From positions 733 through 64,732 of the forward strand of contig JAUWIB010000099.1 of assembly GCA_030605565.1 (NCBI GenBank): a DNA stretch of 64,000 bases. The letters run 5' to 3'. Position 1 is the stretch's first letter. Each line of letters begins with the position of its first letter. Shown piece after piece: positions 28,560-38,352 of the stretch. The notes beneath the pieces were generated by a model. That model was given only the letters and a program-made list of their open reading frames with translations. It was not told the DNA's origin and did not search any database. The translations under genes were made by a program, and so were the position numbers. The stretch is from a bacterium (GTDB lineage Bacteria; Zixibacteria; MSB-5A5; GN15; FEB-12).

Positions 28560-28786
28560 CGCAATCTTGTCGAAACCACAGGGGTTTCGACCCACACAAA
28601 AAAAGTCAGGAGCGCAAGGCTCCTGACCTACACATCATTTCTCCGATACAAACAAGTCCATGTCATTCCCGCGCAGGCGGGAATCCATCCGTTCCACCGT
28701 CGGACCAAAACCGAAGATGGACCCCCGCCTCCGCGGGGGTGACACTAGCGGGGCGCGTAGCGCGAGAAAGCGATTTATCGCGCCGC
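28560..28786. repeat. Mosaic of at least five different palindromic repeat units (BIME-like)
   Basis: GTCGAAACCACAGGGGTTTCGAC; GTCAGGAGCGCAAGGCTCCTGACCTACA (family D); GTCATTCCCGCGCAGGCGGGAATCC; GACCCCCGCCTCCGCGGGGGTGAC; GGGCGCGTAGCGCGAGAAAGCGATTTATCGCGCC (family E). Confidence 0.85.
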
Positions 28787-29187
28787 TAAAACCAATTCGG
28801 GACGAACTTGTGGCCGTAGCTCAAGACGCCTTCGTGGCTCTCGGTCTGAATGCGACGGAACTCCAGCCGCACTTCCATGCCAATCTTCACCTCTTCGACA
28901 TCAACGTCGGTCATCTGACCCATCATGCGCGTGCCATCGGTCAACTCTACAATCGCCAGCGCGTACGGTGACAGATCACCCCACTGCGACGGCGCCACAC
29001 GGATGACCGTGTAAGTGACGATCTTGCCGGTATCGGGCAGACGCACGATTTCCTGCGCCGTGTCGCCGGTCTCCGGGTCGATGTCACGAGGCGGGTAGTA
29101 GGTCTTGCCGCTCTTTTTGAACCTGGACGCTTCCATACGGTAGCGCTGCGGGTACTCCCGCCAACTGCGTGAGCTGAACATACTCAT
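28786..29187 (-). CDS. DUF35 OB-fold protein (thiolase/HMG-CoA synthase partner type), lacking cysteines
   Basis: KTYYPPRDIDPETG...GKIVTYTVIRV...YALAIVELTDGTRMMGQMTDV...IGMEVRLEF. The start codon overlaps the thiolase stop. There are no Cys residues anywhere in the 133 aa. Confidence 0.85.
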   Translation of the reverse strand: MSMFSSRSWREYPQRYRMEASRFKKSGKTYYPPRDIDPETGDTAQEIVRLPDTGKIVTYTVIRVAPSQWGDLSPYALAIVELTDGTRMMGQMTDVDVEEVKIGMEVRLEFRRIQTESHEGVLSYGHKFVPNWF

Positions 29188-30347
29188 TACGCCACCTCCA
29201 TGATGTGAACGACCGAGGACGCGCCGGAACCGCCCATGTTGTGCGCCATGCCGATCTTTGGTGAACCGGGAATCTGCCGTCCACCCTCCGCTTGACCGGT
29301 GAGCTGCTTGTAAATCTCGACCACCTGCGCCACACCGGTAGCGCCCACCGGATGGCCCTTGGACTTGAGACCACCGGACGGGTTGATCGGGAACTTGCCG
29401 TCAAGCGCCGTCTCCCCCGCTTGCGCAGCAGGACCGGCCTTGCCCGGTTCGTAAAGGCCGATGGATTCGAGGACCATTAACTCAGCAATCGTGAAGCAGT
29501 CGTGCACCTCGGCGAACTGAACATCGGAGAGCTTCTTGCCGGCCATCTTGAAAGCACGATCGGCGGCAATCGTCGCTGCTTTAATCGTCGTCAGGTCGGC
29601 GCGTTGCGCCAGAGCCATACTGTCGGTAGCAAGACCGGAGCCGAGTACCTTGATACACGGTTTGCCGAGCTTCTTCCCGACTTCTTCCGAGGTCACGATA
29701 ACCGCAGCGGCGCCATCGGTGATCGGCGAGCAATCCAGGATATGCAGCGGATCGGCTACCATAACCGAGTTAAGCACACCTTCGACGGTAATCTCAAAAG
29801 GATACTGTGCTACCGGGTTCATGGACCCATTATGATGGTTCTTGACCGCTACCGCCGCCAGCATTTCGCTGGTGGTGCCGTACTTGGCCATGTGGGCATG
29901 GGCCATCATAGCATACAAACCGGGGAAGGTCGCGCCGTGGAATACTTCATACTCCTGATCGGCAGCACCGGCCAGCGCTGCGGTGGCGCCGTCACCATCA
30001 ACGTCAGTCATTTTCTCCACCCCGGCGGCCATCACGATATCCGACACGCCGGAACCCACCTCCAGAAATGCCTGGCGGAACGAGATTCCACCCGAGGCGC
30101 AGGCTGACTCCACTCGCGTTGCCGGGATACCGGCCATGCCGAGATAGTCGGCACACAGAGCGCTGATGTGCTCCTGCTGCACGAACATCCCACTGGACAT
30201 ACAGCCAACATAGAGTGAATCAAGGTGATCCACGCCGGAGTCTTTGATTGCAGTTGATGCGGCGTCGACAAACAGTTGGCGCAAGGACCGTCGCCAGACC
30301 TCGCCGAACTTGCTCATACCGACGCCGACTACATAAACATCTCTCAT
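29187..30347 (-). CDS. Thiolase-domain protein (archaeal-type acetoacetyl-CoA thiolase)
   Basis: [12 protein letters not shown] (active-site Cys), AEVHDCFTI and [14 protein letters not shown]. Confidence 0.9.
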   Translation of the reverse strand: MRDVYVVGVGMSKFGEVWRRSLRQLFVDAASTAIKDSGVDHLDSLYVGCMSSGMFVQQEHISALCADYLGMAGIPATRVESACASGGISFRQAFLEVGSGVSDIVMAAGVEKMTDVDGDGATAALAGAADQEYEVFHGATFPGLYAMMAHAHMAKYGTTSEMLAAVAVKNHHNGSMNPVAQYPFEITVEGVLNSVMVADPLHILDCSPITDGAAAVIVTSEEVGKKLGKPCIKVLGSGLATDSMALAQRADLTTIKAATIAADRAFKMAGKKLSDVQFAEVHDCFTIAELMVLESIGLYEPGKAGPAAQAGETALDGKFPINPSGGLKSKGHPVGATGVAQVVEIYKQLTGQAEGGRQIPGSPKIGMAHNMGGSGASSVVHIMEVA

Positions 30348-30362
30348 CGTTGAATCACCTCC

Positions 30363-31412
30363 TTAGTAGTTCATCTTGATCTTGCGTCGGAACTTGGCGT
30401 AGGTGCCATAGTCGATGTAGATTATATTTTCATCGAGCAGCTTGTGAGTGCGCACGGTCAGGTCGCGCACTTCATCGATCCGCTCGGTCACTTTCCAAAT
30501 GAACGCATCCGAACCGGCGCCGGAACCGTACGAACACATGAAAATCAGATCGCCCGGCTCCGACACGTCGAGCGTAGCCGACAAACCGATCGGCGACGCT
30601 CCCGAGTAGGTGTTACCCAGACGCGGCGCCAGCCAGCCGGGATCAATCTGCTCCTGCGTGAACCCGAGTTCCCTGGCCACTCGCTGCGGGAACTTGCCGT
30701 TGGGCTGATGGAACACGGCGTACTTGAAATCAGCCGGCTTCATGCCGGACTTTTTCAGAAGCGCTATGGAGGCGCCTTTGGTCGTTGCAAAGTAAGCCTC
30801 TTCGCCGGTGAAGCGCCCGGCATGTTGAGGGTAGAACTCATGCTCGCGCCGCCAGAAGTCGGGCATGTCGGTCATGAACGAGTGGGTATCGAGACAATCG
30901 GCAATAAGATTATCTTTCCCCATGATGAACGCAGCCGCTCCGGCTGCCGCCGAAAACTCCAGCGCGTCGGACGGCGCCCCCTGCGAAGTGTCAGCGGCGA
31001 TACCAAGCGCGTACTTCATGTGACCGGCATCGACATGACTCAACGCCACGAACATCGCCTCGCTGCCGGCTTTGCACGCAAACTCGAAATCAGCGCAATG
31101 AATATCGGGAGTCGCACCAATCGCCTCGGCGACCGTTGTACCTGATGGTTTCACCGCGTATGGATGCGACTCCGAACCAATGTAGATAGCACCGATATCT
31201 TTTGGGTCGACAGTCTGCGCTCTGATCAACGCGCGCCGAGTCGCTTCCACCGACAACGTGATCGTGTCCATGTCGGGCGGCGGTACCGATTTCTCGCGCA
31301 GCATCAATCCCTTCTTGTAACTGGGCGCATCCGCTCCCCAAACCTTGGCAATCTCCTCTACCTTGATTCGGTGACGGGGCAAGTGCGCACCGTAACCAAC
31401 AATTCCTGCCAT
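30363..31412 (-). CDS. Hydroxymethylglutaryl-CoA synthase (archaeal/short type)
   Basis: MAGIVGYGAHLPRHRI, DFEFACKAGSEA, VFHQPNGKFP and FMCSYGSGAGSDAF. Trimmed to ATG 31412. Confidence 0.85.
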   Translation of the reverse strand: MAGIVGYGAHLPRHRIKVEEIAKVWGADAPSYKKGLMLREKSVPPPDMDTITLSVEATRRALIRAQTVDPKDIGAIYIGSESHPYAVKPSGTTVAEAIGATPDIHCADFEFACKAGSEAMFVALSHVDAGHMKYALGIAADTSQGAPSDALEFSAAAGAAAFIMGKDNLIADCLDTHSFMTDMPDFWRREHEFYPQHAGRFTGEEAYFATTKGASIALLKKSGMKPADFKYAVFHQPNGKFPQRVARELGFTQEQIDPGWLAPRLGNTYSGASPIGLSATLDVSEPGDLIFMCSYGSGAGSDAFIWKVTERIDEVRDLTVRTHKLLDENIIYIDYGTYAKFRRKIKMNY

Positions 31413-31618
31413 ACGAAACCTCATTGGATCTATGGTTAGCTCTCAATTTGCAGTCGGACTCAATCGAGCCGAAAACTCAAAGTTTTTTATAATACGCACT
31501 AGCAACCTTCAGATCAAGCGTTCGGCTGGATTTTTTAACCCGGTGTCGGCCCTGAAGTTCCACACCCTGCCAAACCTGCCGGCAAAGTATGCTGTCCCCT
31601 GTGCCGACATACTACGGT

Positions 31619-32200
31619 ATGAGGAGTCTGAGTCTCACTTTGGTGCTCTGTCTGGTCCTGGCATCAGCCACCGGCGCCGCGCCGCCGGAATACGTGCTCG
31701 ACAGCAACACCGCCTTTTATGAGGGAGAGACACACAACTATGTGATGCTGCCGCCGCCTGACTTTCGACTGGTTACAACCGAGGCCGCCATTGACGGGTA
31801 CTCGTTCGCCTTCATACCCGAGCACGACGCCTACGACTCTGCATCGGTAATGATCACAGCGACAATTTACCAGCTAACGGAGAGCGGGTTTGATGAGATC
31901 CTAACCGCAGACACCATCGCGTTGCGAGAACATTATGGTTCCAGGCTCATCATGCGCTCCGTTGATTCCGTTGTCTTGTTCAACGGCGATCCAACCAGAA
32001 CCTTTTACGTCGACGACAAAACGCGATTCATTCCCACCGTGATGGTATCCTATTGCGACGGCGGCAGCGAGATCGTCATCTTCGAATTGAACATTGTCGA
32101 GGGCGGTCTCCCCCGGTTTCTGGCGGAGTCCATCTTCACGAGATGCCTCCAGCACGTCAAGGTGCTCAAGAAGGGTGAGTTGGACTCGGACGGACCGTAG
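31619..32200 (+). CDS. Hypothetical secreted protein
   Basis: Signal peptide MRSLSLTLVLCLVLASATGAAP. The track ORF starts at 31589. No family recognised. Confidence 0.5.
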   Translation: MRSLSLTLVLCLVLASATGAAPPEYVLDSNTAFYEGETHNYVMLPPPDFRLVTTEAAIDGYSFAFIPEHDAYDSASVMITATIYQLTESGFDEILTADTIALREHYGSRLIMRSVDSVVLFNGDPTRTFYVDDKTRFIPTVMVSYCDGGSEIVIFELNIVEGGLPRFLAESIFTRCLQHVKVLKKGELDSDGP

Positions 32201-32212
32201 TGGCAAGCCACC

Positions 32213-32283
32213 TTTTCGCGCTTCGCGCGCCCTTCATGTCATGCTGAGCAAACCCCAACCTCACCCTGAGCGAAGTCGAAGGG
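32213..32283. repeat. Family-E and family-A units
   Basis: TTTTCGCGCTTCGCGCGCCC, then GTCATGCTGAGCAAACCCC, then TCACCCTGAGCGAAGTCGAAGGG. Confidence 0.8.
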
Positions 32284-32381
32284 TCCATCTTTTCCTGTGG
32301 GCGGCAGACGTCCTCATCTGCCCCTGTATCCACGTGGTGCACGAGGCCGTACACCACGCACAAACAAACAGCCTCGCATCT

Positions 32382-32513
32382 CCGTCATCGCGAGCGACTT
32401 CTTTCTATCTCCGTCATCGCGAGCGACCGCAGGGAGCGCGGCGATCTCAAGTCGTCGCGGATGAGATTGCCGCGTCGCTACGACACGAGTGTCTTCGCTC
32501 CTCGCAATGACGG
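32382..32513. repeat. Family-B structured element preceded by a partial tandem copy
   Basis: CCGTCATCGCGAGCGAC (partial), then CCGTCATCGCGAGCGACCGCAGGGAGCGCGGCGATCTC...GAGATTGCCGCGTCGCTACGACACGAGTGTCTTCGCTCCTCGCAATGACGG. The 3' half is nearly identical to 41151..41200. Confidence 0.85.
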
Positions 32514-32560
32514 GTTAGGTCGTATTAACGTCTGGCCTAGTTCTCATGTGTCGTCAGGCG

Positions 32561-32628
32561 TCTCTGCCTGACGACTCCTGTAGGTCGAAACCCCCTGGTC
32601 CGAAGGACCGCCGAAGGCGGGTTTCGAC
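32561..32628. repeat. Family-D-like hairpins
   Basis: TCGTCAGGCGTCTCTGCCTGACGA, and CTGTAGGTCGAAACCC...GGGTTTCGAC. Confidence 0.75.
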
Positions 32629-32676
32629 AGCTCAGTCCCTAGGCACAGAAAGCTGGGCGCCGTGCTTATTGCGCTA

Positions 32677-33894
32677 CTAATCGACTGCTGATCGCAGCTT
32701 TGCTCCGAAGAGTTTTGGTGTCCAGCCGTCGATGATTCGCCCTACCAATTCATCAGCAAAGATACTGGCAACACCACCACCGAGTCCACCTATAACACCA
32801 CCCGCCAACCCACCGGCGACGCTGGGGACGATTCTCGTAACAATCTTAATCAGCTTCTTTGACATCGGACTAAGGTTGTATTTGTTGATGACGTCGTGGT
32901 TGTAACTTGCCACTATGTCCCTGCCATACTCAGTCGTGGAGTGAAACCACCGTCTGAAGTCATAGGATGAGTCGCGCAAGTTGAGGATATCATGTGCGGA
33001 TAGGTTTCCGCGCTGTACTTCCCATCTCACATTGGGGAAGTCAATACTCTGGCTTAACTCCCGCAGATTGCCCGCGCCAGATTGACACTTGGCTATCGCG
33101 TTATCAAGACGATCAGAAATGAAGCCGTACATGGGTTCGCTGACGGAGATGTCCGAGCTTGCCTTGGCTGCAGACCATAAGAAGCGATTGGCAACACTCA
33201 TAATAGCAAGAGGCGTATGTCTACCAAAGTTGTATTCCTCTCCCATCGATTTTCCAAGAGCATCCAGATCTGTGTCGAAGTTGAAGCGCGTCTTTTCGTC
33301 TGAAAGCCGGTTCTTAGTGACTTTCACATTAACAGGGATATTCGAGACTCCGGCCTCTAGCAGAGCAGAGAAAAGCGAGTCGATAAGCGACTGCATGTTA
33401 TCCCCTTCACTAGTCATGGCTCTCGCATTCTCTATAGCGGCGCCGAACTCATCAGCTTTGGCTATTACGAGGCTGGATTCCACCGCGTCGAGAAACTTGT
33501 GTCTGGTGCGACGCGTGTTGAAGTATTTGTCCACCGAACCCAGAACCCGAGTCATGTAGAGACTCCGTGGGTCGCCTTCCTCTTGCACATTGATTAGTAC
33601 ATACGTATCCATACGCGGGTCATAGATTGGAGGAGAAGAAAACGCATAATGGTACAGTTTCACCTCCCCCGACAACAGCAATTTCACAAACACATCTGTA
33701 CCGACAGTCTGATGAAACCAGTCGAGAACCGCATGCATGTGCTTCCGATGATCGATATTGAGCAGGACTTTATCGTAATAGACCAGCGCTTCAGCGACCG
33801 CGCCAATGTCCGCCTGATGTCCTATCTTCACAAGGTCGGGAGCGTTACCCGCCCAAGTTTCAACATCCACCAATACCGTCTTCTCTTCAGACAT
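32677..33894 (-). CDS. Hypothetical 405-aa protein with a C-terminal glycine-zipper hydrophobic segment
   Basis: ATG 33894 lies 7 nt after the J-protein stop, with TGGGAGGGGTGAGG serving as the Shine-Dalgarno region. The body is soluble-looking, followed by VPSVAGGLAGGVIGGLGGGVASIF. I recognise no family. Confidence 0.6.
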   Translation of the reverse strand: MSEEKTVLVDVETWAGNAPDLVKIGHQADIGAVAEALVYYDKVLLNIDHRKHMHAVLDWFHQTVGTDVFVKLLLSGEVKLYHYAFSSPPIYDPRMDTYVLINVQEEGDPRSLYMTRVLGSVDKYFNTRRTRHKFLDAVESSLVIAKADEFGAAIENARAMTSEGDNMQSLIDSLFSALLEAGVSNIPVNVKVTKNRLSDEKTRFNFDTDLDALGKSMGEEYNFGRHTPLAIMSVANRFLWSAAKASSDISVSEPMYGFISDRLDNAIAKCQSGAGNLRELSQSIDFPNVRWEVQRGNLSAHDILNLRDSSYDFRRWFHSTTEYGRDIVASYNHDVINKYNLSPMSKKLIKIVTRIVPSVAGGLAGGVIGGLGGGVASIFADELVGRIIDGWTPKLFGAKLRSAVD

Positions 33895-33901
33895 GATCAC
33901 C

Positions 33902-34858
33902 TCACCCCTCCCACTCCTCCAGCAGTTTCCGCTGCTCTTCCGTGATCGTCTCGGGTATCTCGACTTCGATGCGAACGTAGCAATCGCCGGTCTTGTCGCC
34001 GACAGCGAGACCCTGCCCCTTCAGGCGCATGAGTGCGCCCGGCTGCGTGCCCGGTTTGAGATTCAACGAAATCGTTTTGGTCAGTGTCTTCACCTGGACT
34101 TTGGTACCGAGGATAGCATCCTTGAACGACACCTTCACCTTGGTGTAAACATCGTTCCCTTTGCGTTCGAAATTTTGATCCGGCATTACTTTCACCGTTA
34201 TGATTAAATCGCTAAACTGCCCGCTGAATGGGTCCGGCTGCCCCTGACCCTTGAGACGAATCTTGCCGCCGTTTTCGATTCCCGCCGGTATCCTGACTTT
34301 GAGCTTCTTGCCGGTCGGCTGGATGATCAACTCGCGCCTGGTGCCGCGCACCGACTCCATGAAGTTGACAACCAACGATGTCTCCACATTCGGCCCCCTT
34401 TGAGCGCGCCGTCTGCCCTGTCGCGCACCCGGTCTCCCACCCGCTGAGAAACTGAAGCCGCCCTGACCACCGCCAAAGAATGAGTTCAGAATGTCTTCAA
34501 ACCCATTGAGACCATCCATGCCACCTGAGCGAAACGTCTGAAAACCTCTCGGGCCACTCCCCTGACGAAACATCTGCGAGAAATCAAATCCTCCGCCACC
34601 GAAGCCACCCGACCCGCCACTCGCGCCGGCGCCGGCGAAAGCGCCGTACTTGCGCATGGTGTCGTATTCCTGCTTCTTCTTCGGATCGGACAGCGTGTCG
34701 TAAGCCTCGGAGATTCCCTTGAACTTGTCCTCGGCAGCCTTGTCACCGTGGTTGCGGTCGGGGTGATACTTCATAGCCAGTTTGCGAAACTGCTTCTTGA
34801 TCTCATCGGGAGAAGCAGCTTCACTGACGCCGAGTATCTGGTAGTAGTCTTTGCTCAC
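33902..34858 (-). CDS. Class-II J-domain co-chaperone (CbpA/DnaJ-like, no zinc-finger domain)
   Basis: SKDYYQILGV...KYHPDRN (HPD motif), a G/F-rich region (GGSGGFGGGGFDFSQMF) and C-terminal substrate-binding domains. There are no CxxCxGxG repeats. The start is taken as GTG 34858 (MSKDYY), with AAGGGTGA upstream. Confidence 0.85.
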   Translation of the reverse strand: MSKDYYQILGVSEAASPDEIKKQFRKLAMKYHPDRNHGDKAAEDKFKGISEAYDTLSDPKKKQEYDTMRKYGAFAGAGASGGSGGFGGGGFDFSQMFRQGSGPRGFQTFRSGGMDGLNGFEDILNSFFGGGQGGFSFSAGGRPGARQGRRRAQRGPNVETSLVVNFMESVRGTRRELIIQPTGKKLKVRIPAGIENGGKIRLKGQGQPDPFSGQFSDLIITVKVMPDQNFERKGNDVYTKVKVSFKDAILGTKVQVKTLTKTISLNLKPGTQPGALMRLKGQGLAVGDKTGDCYVRIEVEIPETITEEQRKLLEEWEG

Positions 34859-34910
34859 AGGTATCACCCTTGTTTTATCACTGTCGGTTCACACCTCACT
34901 CACGGGGGAG

Positions 34911-35008
34911 CGGAACCGCCGGAACCTTGTACTACATCGTAAGCATACGTGAGTGCGCGGTCAAGCTACAAGCCTCTTATTGTAGGGCAGGATCCCTGTG
35001 ATCCTGCC
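34911..35008. repeat. 98-bp direct repeat, copy 1
   Basis: Identical to 35389..35486 except for one base (CCTTGTACT versus CCTTATACT). It contains a family-D-like hairpin, GGCAGGATCCCTGTGATCCTGCC. Confidence 0.95.
34936..34964 (-). promoter_or_regulatory. Candidate sigma70-type promoter inside repeat copy 1, upstream of the J-protein gene
   Basis: Minus strand TTGACC, 17 nt, then TACGAT, about 75 nt upstream of GTG 34858. Confidence 0.35.
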
Positions 35009-35065
35009 GCTGTCGTCAGGTCTCAAAAAGGCCTCGTCTTTAATGCTGGACATGCCGAGTTACGA

Positions 35066-35347
35066 TCACACGAGTTCAAACCTTCTGCCACCCAAATGAC
35101 GTAGATCAAACTTAGGGTGGTGACCCTTCTGCCAGCTAGCGTTTCCATTTTGTGACAGCCAGTTCCCGATTGGGCGACCTCGGATCTCAGGACATGTCGT
35201 CCAAAAAGTTCCACTGAGTGGGAAACAGTAAGTGGATCCACCAATCAGAACTAAGACGTAGTTCCACTTCTTCTTAAAGTATTTGGCCGCGTTCGCCTTA
35301 CCAACGCGTATACCATACGTTCCGCCCTTCCAAGCCGACACTCTCAT
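35066..35347 (-). CDS. Hypothetical 93-aa protein
   Basis: AAGGGAG lies 8 nt upstream of ATG 35347. Translation: MRVSAWKGGTYGIRVGKANAAKYFKKKWNYVLVLIGGSTYCFPLSGTFWTTCPEIRG... No family recognised. Confidence 0.55.
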   Translation of the reverse strand: MRVSAWKGGTYGIRVGKANAAKYFKKKWNYVLVLIGGSTYCFPLSGTFWTTCPEIRGRPIGNWLSQNGNASWQKGHHPKFDLRHLGGRRFELV

Positions 35348-35388
35348 GCTCAGTCTCCCTTCTAATAGTTGTACGCCTGCTGTCTTAC

Positions 35389-35486
35389 CGGAACCGCCGG
35401 AACCTTATACTACATCGTAAGCATACGTGAGTGCGCGGTCAAGCTACAAGCCTCTTATTGTAGGGCAGGATCCCTGTGATCCTGCC
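35389..35486. repeat. 98-bp direct repeat, copy 2
   Basis: 97 of 98 positions match 34911..35008, at an offset of 478 bp. Confidence 0.95.
35414..35442 (-). promoter_or_regulatory. Duplicate of the candidate promoter, upstream of the 93-aa ORF
   Basis: The same TTGACC-17-TACGAT sequence inside repeat copy 2, about 65 nt upstream of ATG 35347. Confidence 0.3.
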
Positions 35487-35525
35487 ATTGTCAGGTTCCG
35501 AGGAACCTGACCTACAAAGCTGTAG

Positions 35526-35546
35526 AAACCCGGACGAACGTCCGGG
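35526..35546 (-). terminator. Candidate terminator downstream of dnaK
   Basis: Minus strand CCCGGACGTTCGTCCGGG (7-bp stem) followed by TTTCTAC, about 87 nt after the dnaK stop. Confidence 0.35.
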
Positions 35547-35632
35547 CCACACAGCCGTTTATGAGTTCCGCAGCGTCCTTGTTTGCATCGTGCAAACTGA
35601 GACCCTGCGGAACACGCTACAGCACTAATGCC

Positions 35633-37525
<1,893 letters not shown>

Positions 37526-37552
37526 AATGTCACCTCGCATATTGGTTCCGTG

Positions 37553-37580
37553 AAAAAGGCCGACCGAGTCCGGCCGGCCT
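37553..37580 (-). terminator. Rho-independent-type hairpin between hsp20 and dnaK
   Basis: Minus strand GGCCGGCCGGACTCGGTCGGCC followed by TTTTTC. It lies about 45 nt after the hsp20 stop and only about 28 nt before the dnaK ATG. Confidence 0.5.
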
Positions 37581-37623
37581 CCTCACGAAGGACGCTCCTC
37601 AGTTTCGTCGATAGTAGCCAAGG

Positions 37624-38052
37624 CTACTCGACCTTCACCTCAATCTGCTTCGGTTTGGACTCTTCCTTGCGCGGCATGGATACCGTCAGCAAGCCGTTCT
37701 TGTAGTCAGCCGACACCTTACCGGCCTCGAAATTGTCCGAGAGAGTGAAGGACCGACAGAACTTGCCGTAGGCGAACTCGCTGCGAACGAAGTTCTTGCC
37801 GTTGTCGGAGCTTTCTACCTTGCGTTCACCTTCAACGGTGAGAACACCATCAGCCACCGTGACCTTGATGTCGCCCTTCTCCATTCCAGGGACTTCAAAA
37901 GTCAGACTCACGTCATTCTCGGTTTCGACAATGTTGACCCGAGGGGTGAAACACTCGCCGTTGTGGAACTGATGCGGCTTACCGGCGAACAGAGAGTTGA
38001 AAACCTGACCCATCTCCCGCGCCATCCTGTTGTGAGCAACCATGTAGTTCAT
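37624..38052 (-). CDS. Hsp20/alpha-crystallin small heat-shock protein
   Basis: FTPRVNIVETENDVSLTFEVPGMEKGDIKVTVADGVLTVEGERK...GKFCRSFTL...ADYKNGLLTVSMPRK. Trimmed to ATG 38052, with AGGAG upstream. Confidence 0.9.
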   Translation of the reverse strand: MNYMVAHNRMAREMGQVFNSLFAGKPHQFHNGECFTPRVNIVETENDVSLTFEVPGMEKGDIKVTVADGVLTVEGERKVESSDNGKNFVRSEFAYGKFCRSFTLSDNFEAGKVSADYKNGLLTVSMPRKEESKPKQIEVKVE

Positions 38053-38315
38053 TTTGTTTCTCCTATTGTTATTTCTTTGCTCTTTCTGGTCATAGTATAA
38101 ACAAACGGCGTGCCAAAGGTCATAACTGGCACTATGACAATGACATAACGATTCCTCGACGCTCGACCTGACACCCGCACTGCCACAATGACTGTCTCCG
38201 CAAGTCAGATTGACGGACGACAACTGCCGTTTCGACGGCCATATGCCACTTTGGCTATCGCGCGCCGCAACCCGTAACATGCACTGCAATTGGCTAACAG
38301 AAGGCAATTCGCACA

Positions 38316-38352
38316 GGGGAGTGTTGACAAAGTCCCTTTGGTTGTCATTGCG
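38316..38352. repeat. Left arm of a family-B element that the IS split
   Basis: GGGGAGTGTTGACAAAGTCCCTTTGGTTGTCATTGCG parallels GGGAGTGTTGAAAAAGCTCTTTTCCTCGTCATTGCGAG at 41063. Confidence 0.8.

Noticed and set aside
30444-31145. 233-aa plus-strand ORF opposite the HMG-CoA synthase gene. Similar ORFs occur opposite ispA/xseB (6981..7625), dnaK (35561..36037, 36626..37186), uvrC (11754..12254, 12702..13286) and the HEAT gene.
   Set aside because: All are antisense to well-supported genes, and none has a convincing ribosome-binding site or a motif.
38101-38115. Sigma54-like -24/-12 element upstream of hsp20 (minus strand TGGCACGCCGTTTGT). An NtrC-type activator is encoded in the window.
   Set aside because: The spacing is right, but the invariant C of the -12 GC dinucleotide is a T (TTGT rather than TTGC). 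I saw no enhancer-like repeats. The match is too weak to call.
37624-38307. Long 5' extensions of track ORFs: hsp20 at 227 aa, peroxiredoxin at 234 aa, mtnA at 377 aa, yjbQ at 180 aa, NlpC/P60 at 256 aa, SNF at 512 aa, and the HEAT protein at 817 aa.
   Set aside because: Family-typical N-termini, with Shine-Dalgarno sequences where checked, begin at internal Met codons. The upstream portions are non-conserved, overlap neighbouring genes or run through intergenic DNA. Coordinates were trimmed accordingly.
37526-38352. Looked for a CIRCE (TTAGCACTC-N9-GAGTGCTAA) heat-shock operator upstream of hsp20 and dnaK, and in the 98-bp repeats.
   Set aside because: No match to either half-site was found by eye.
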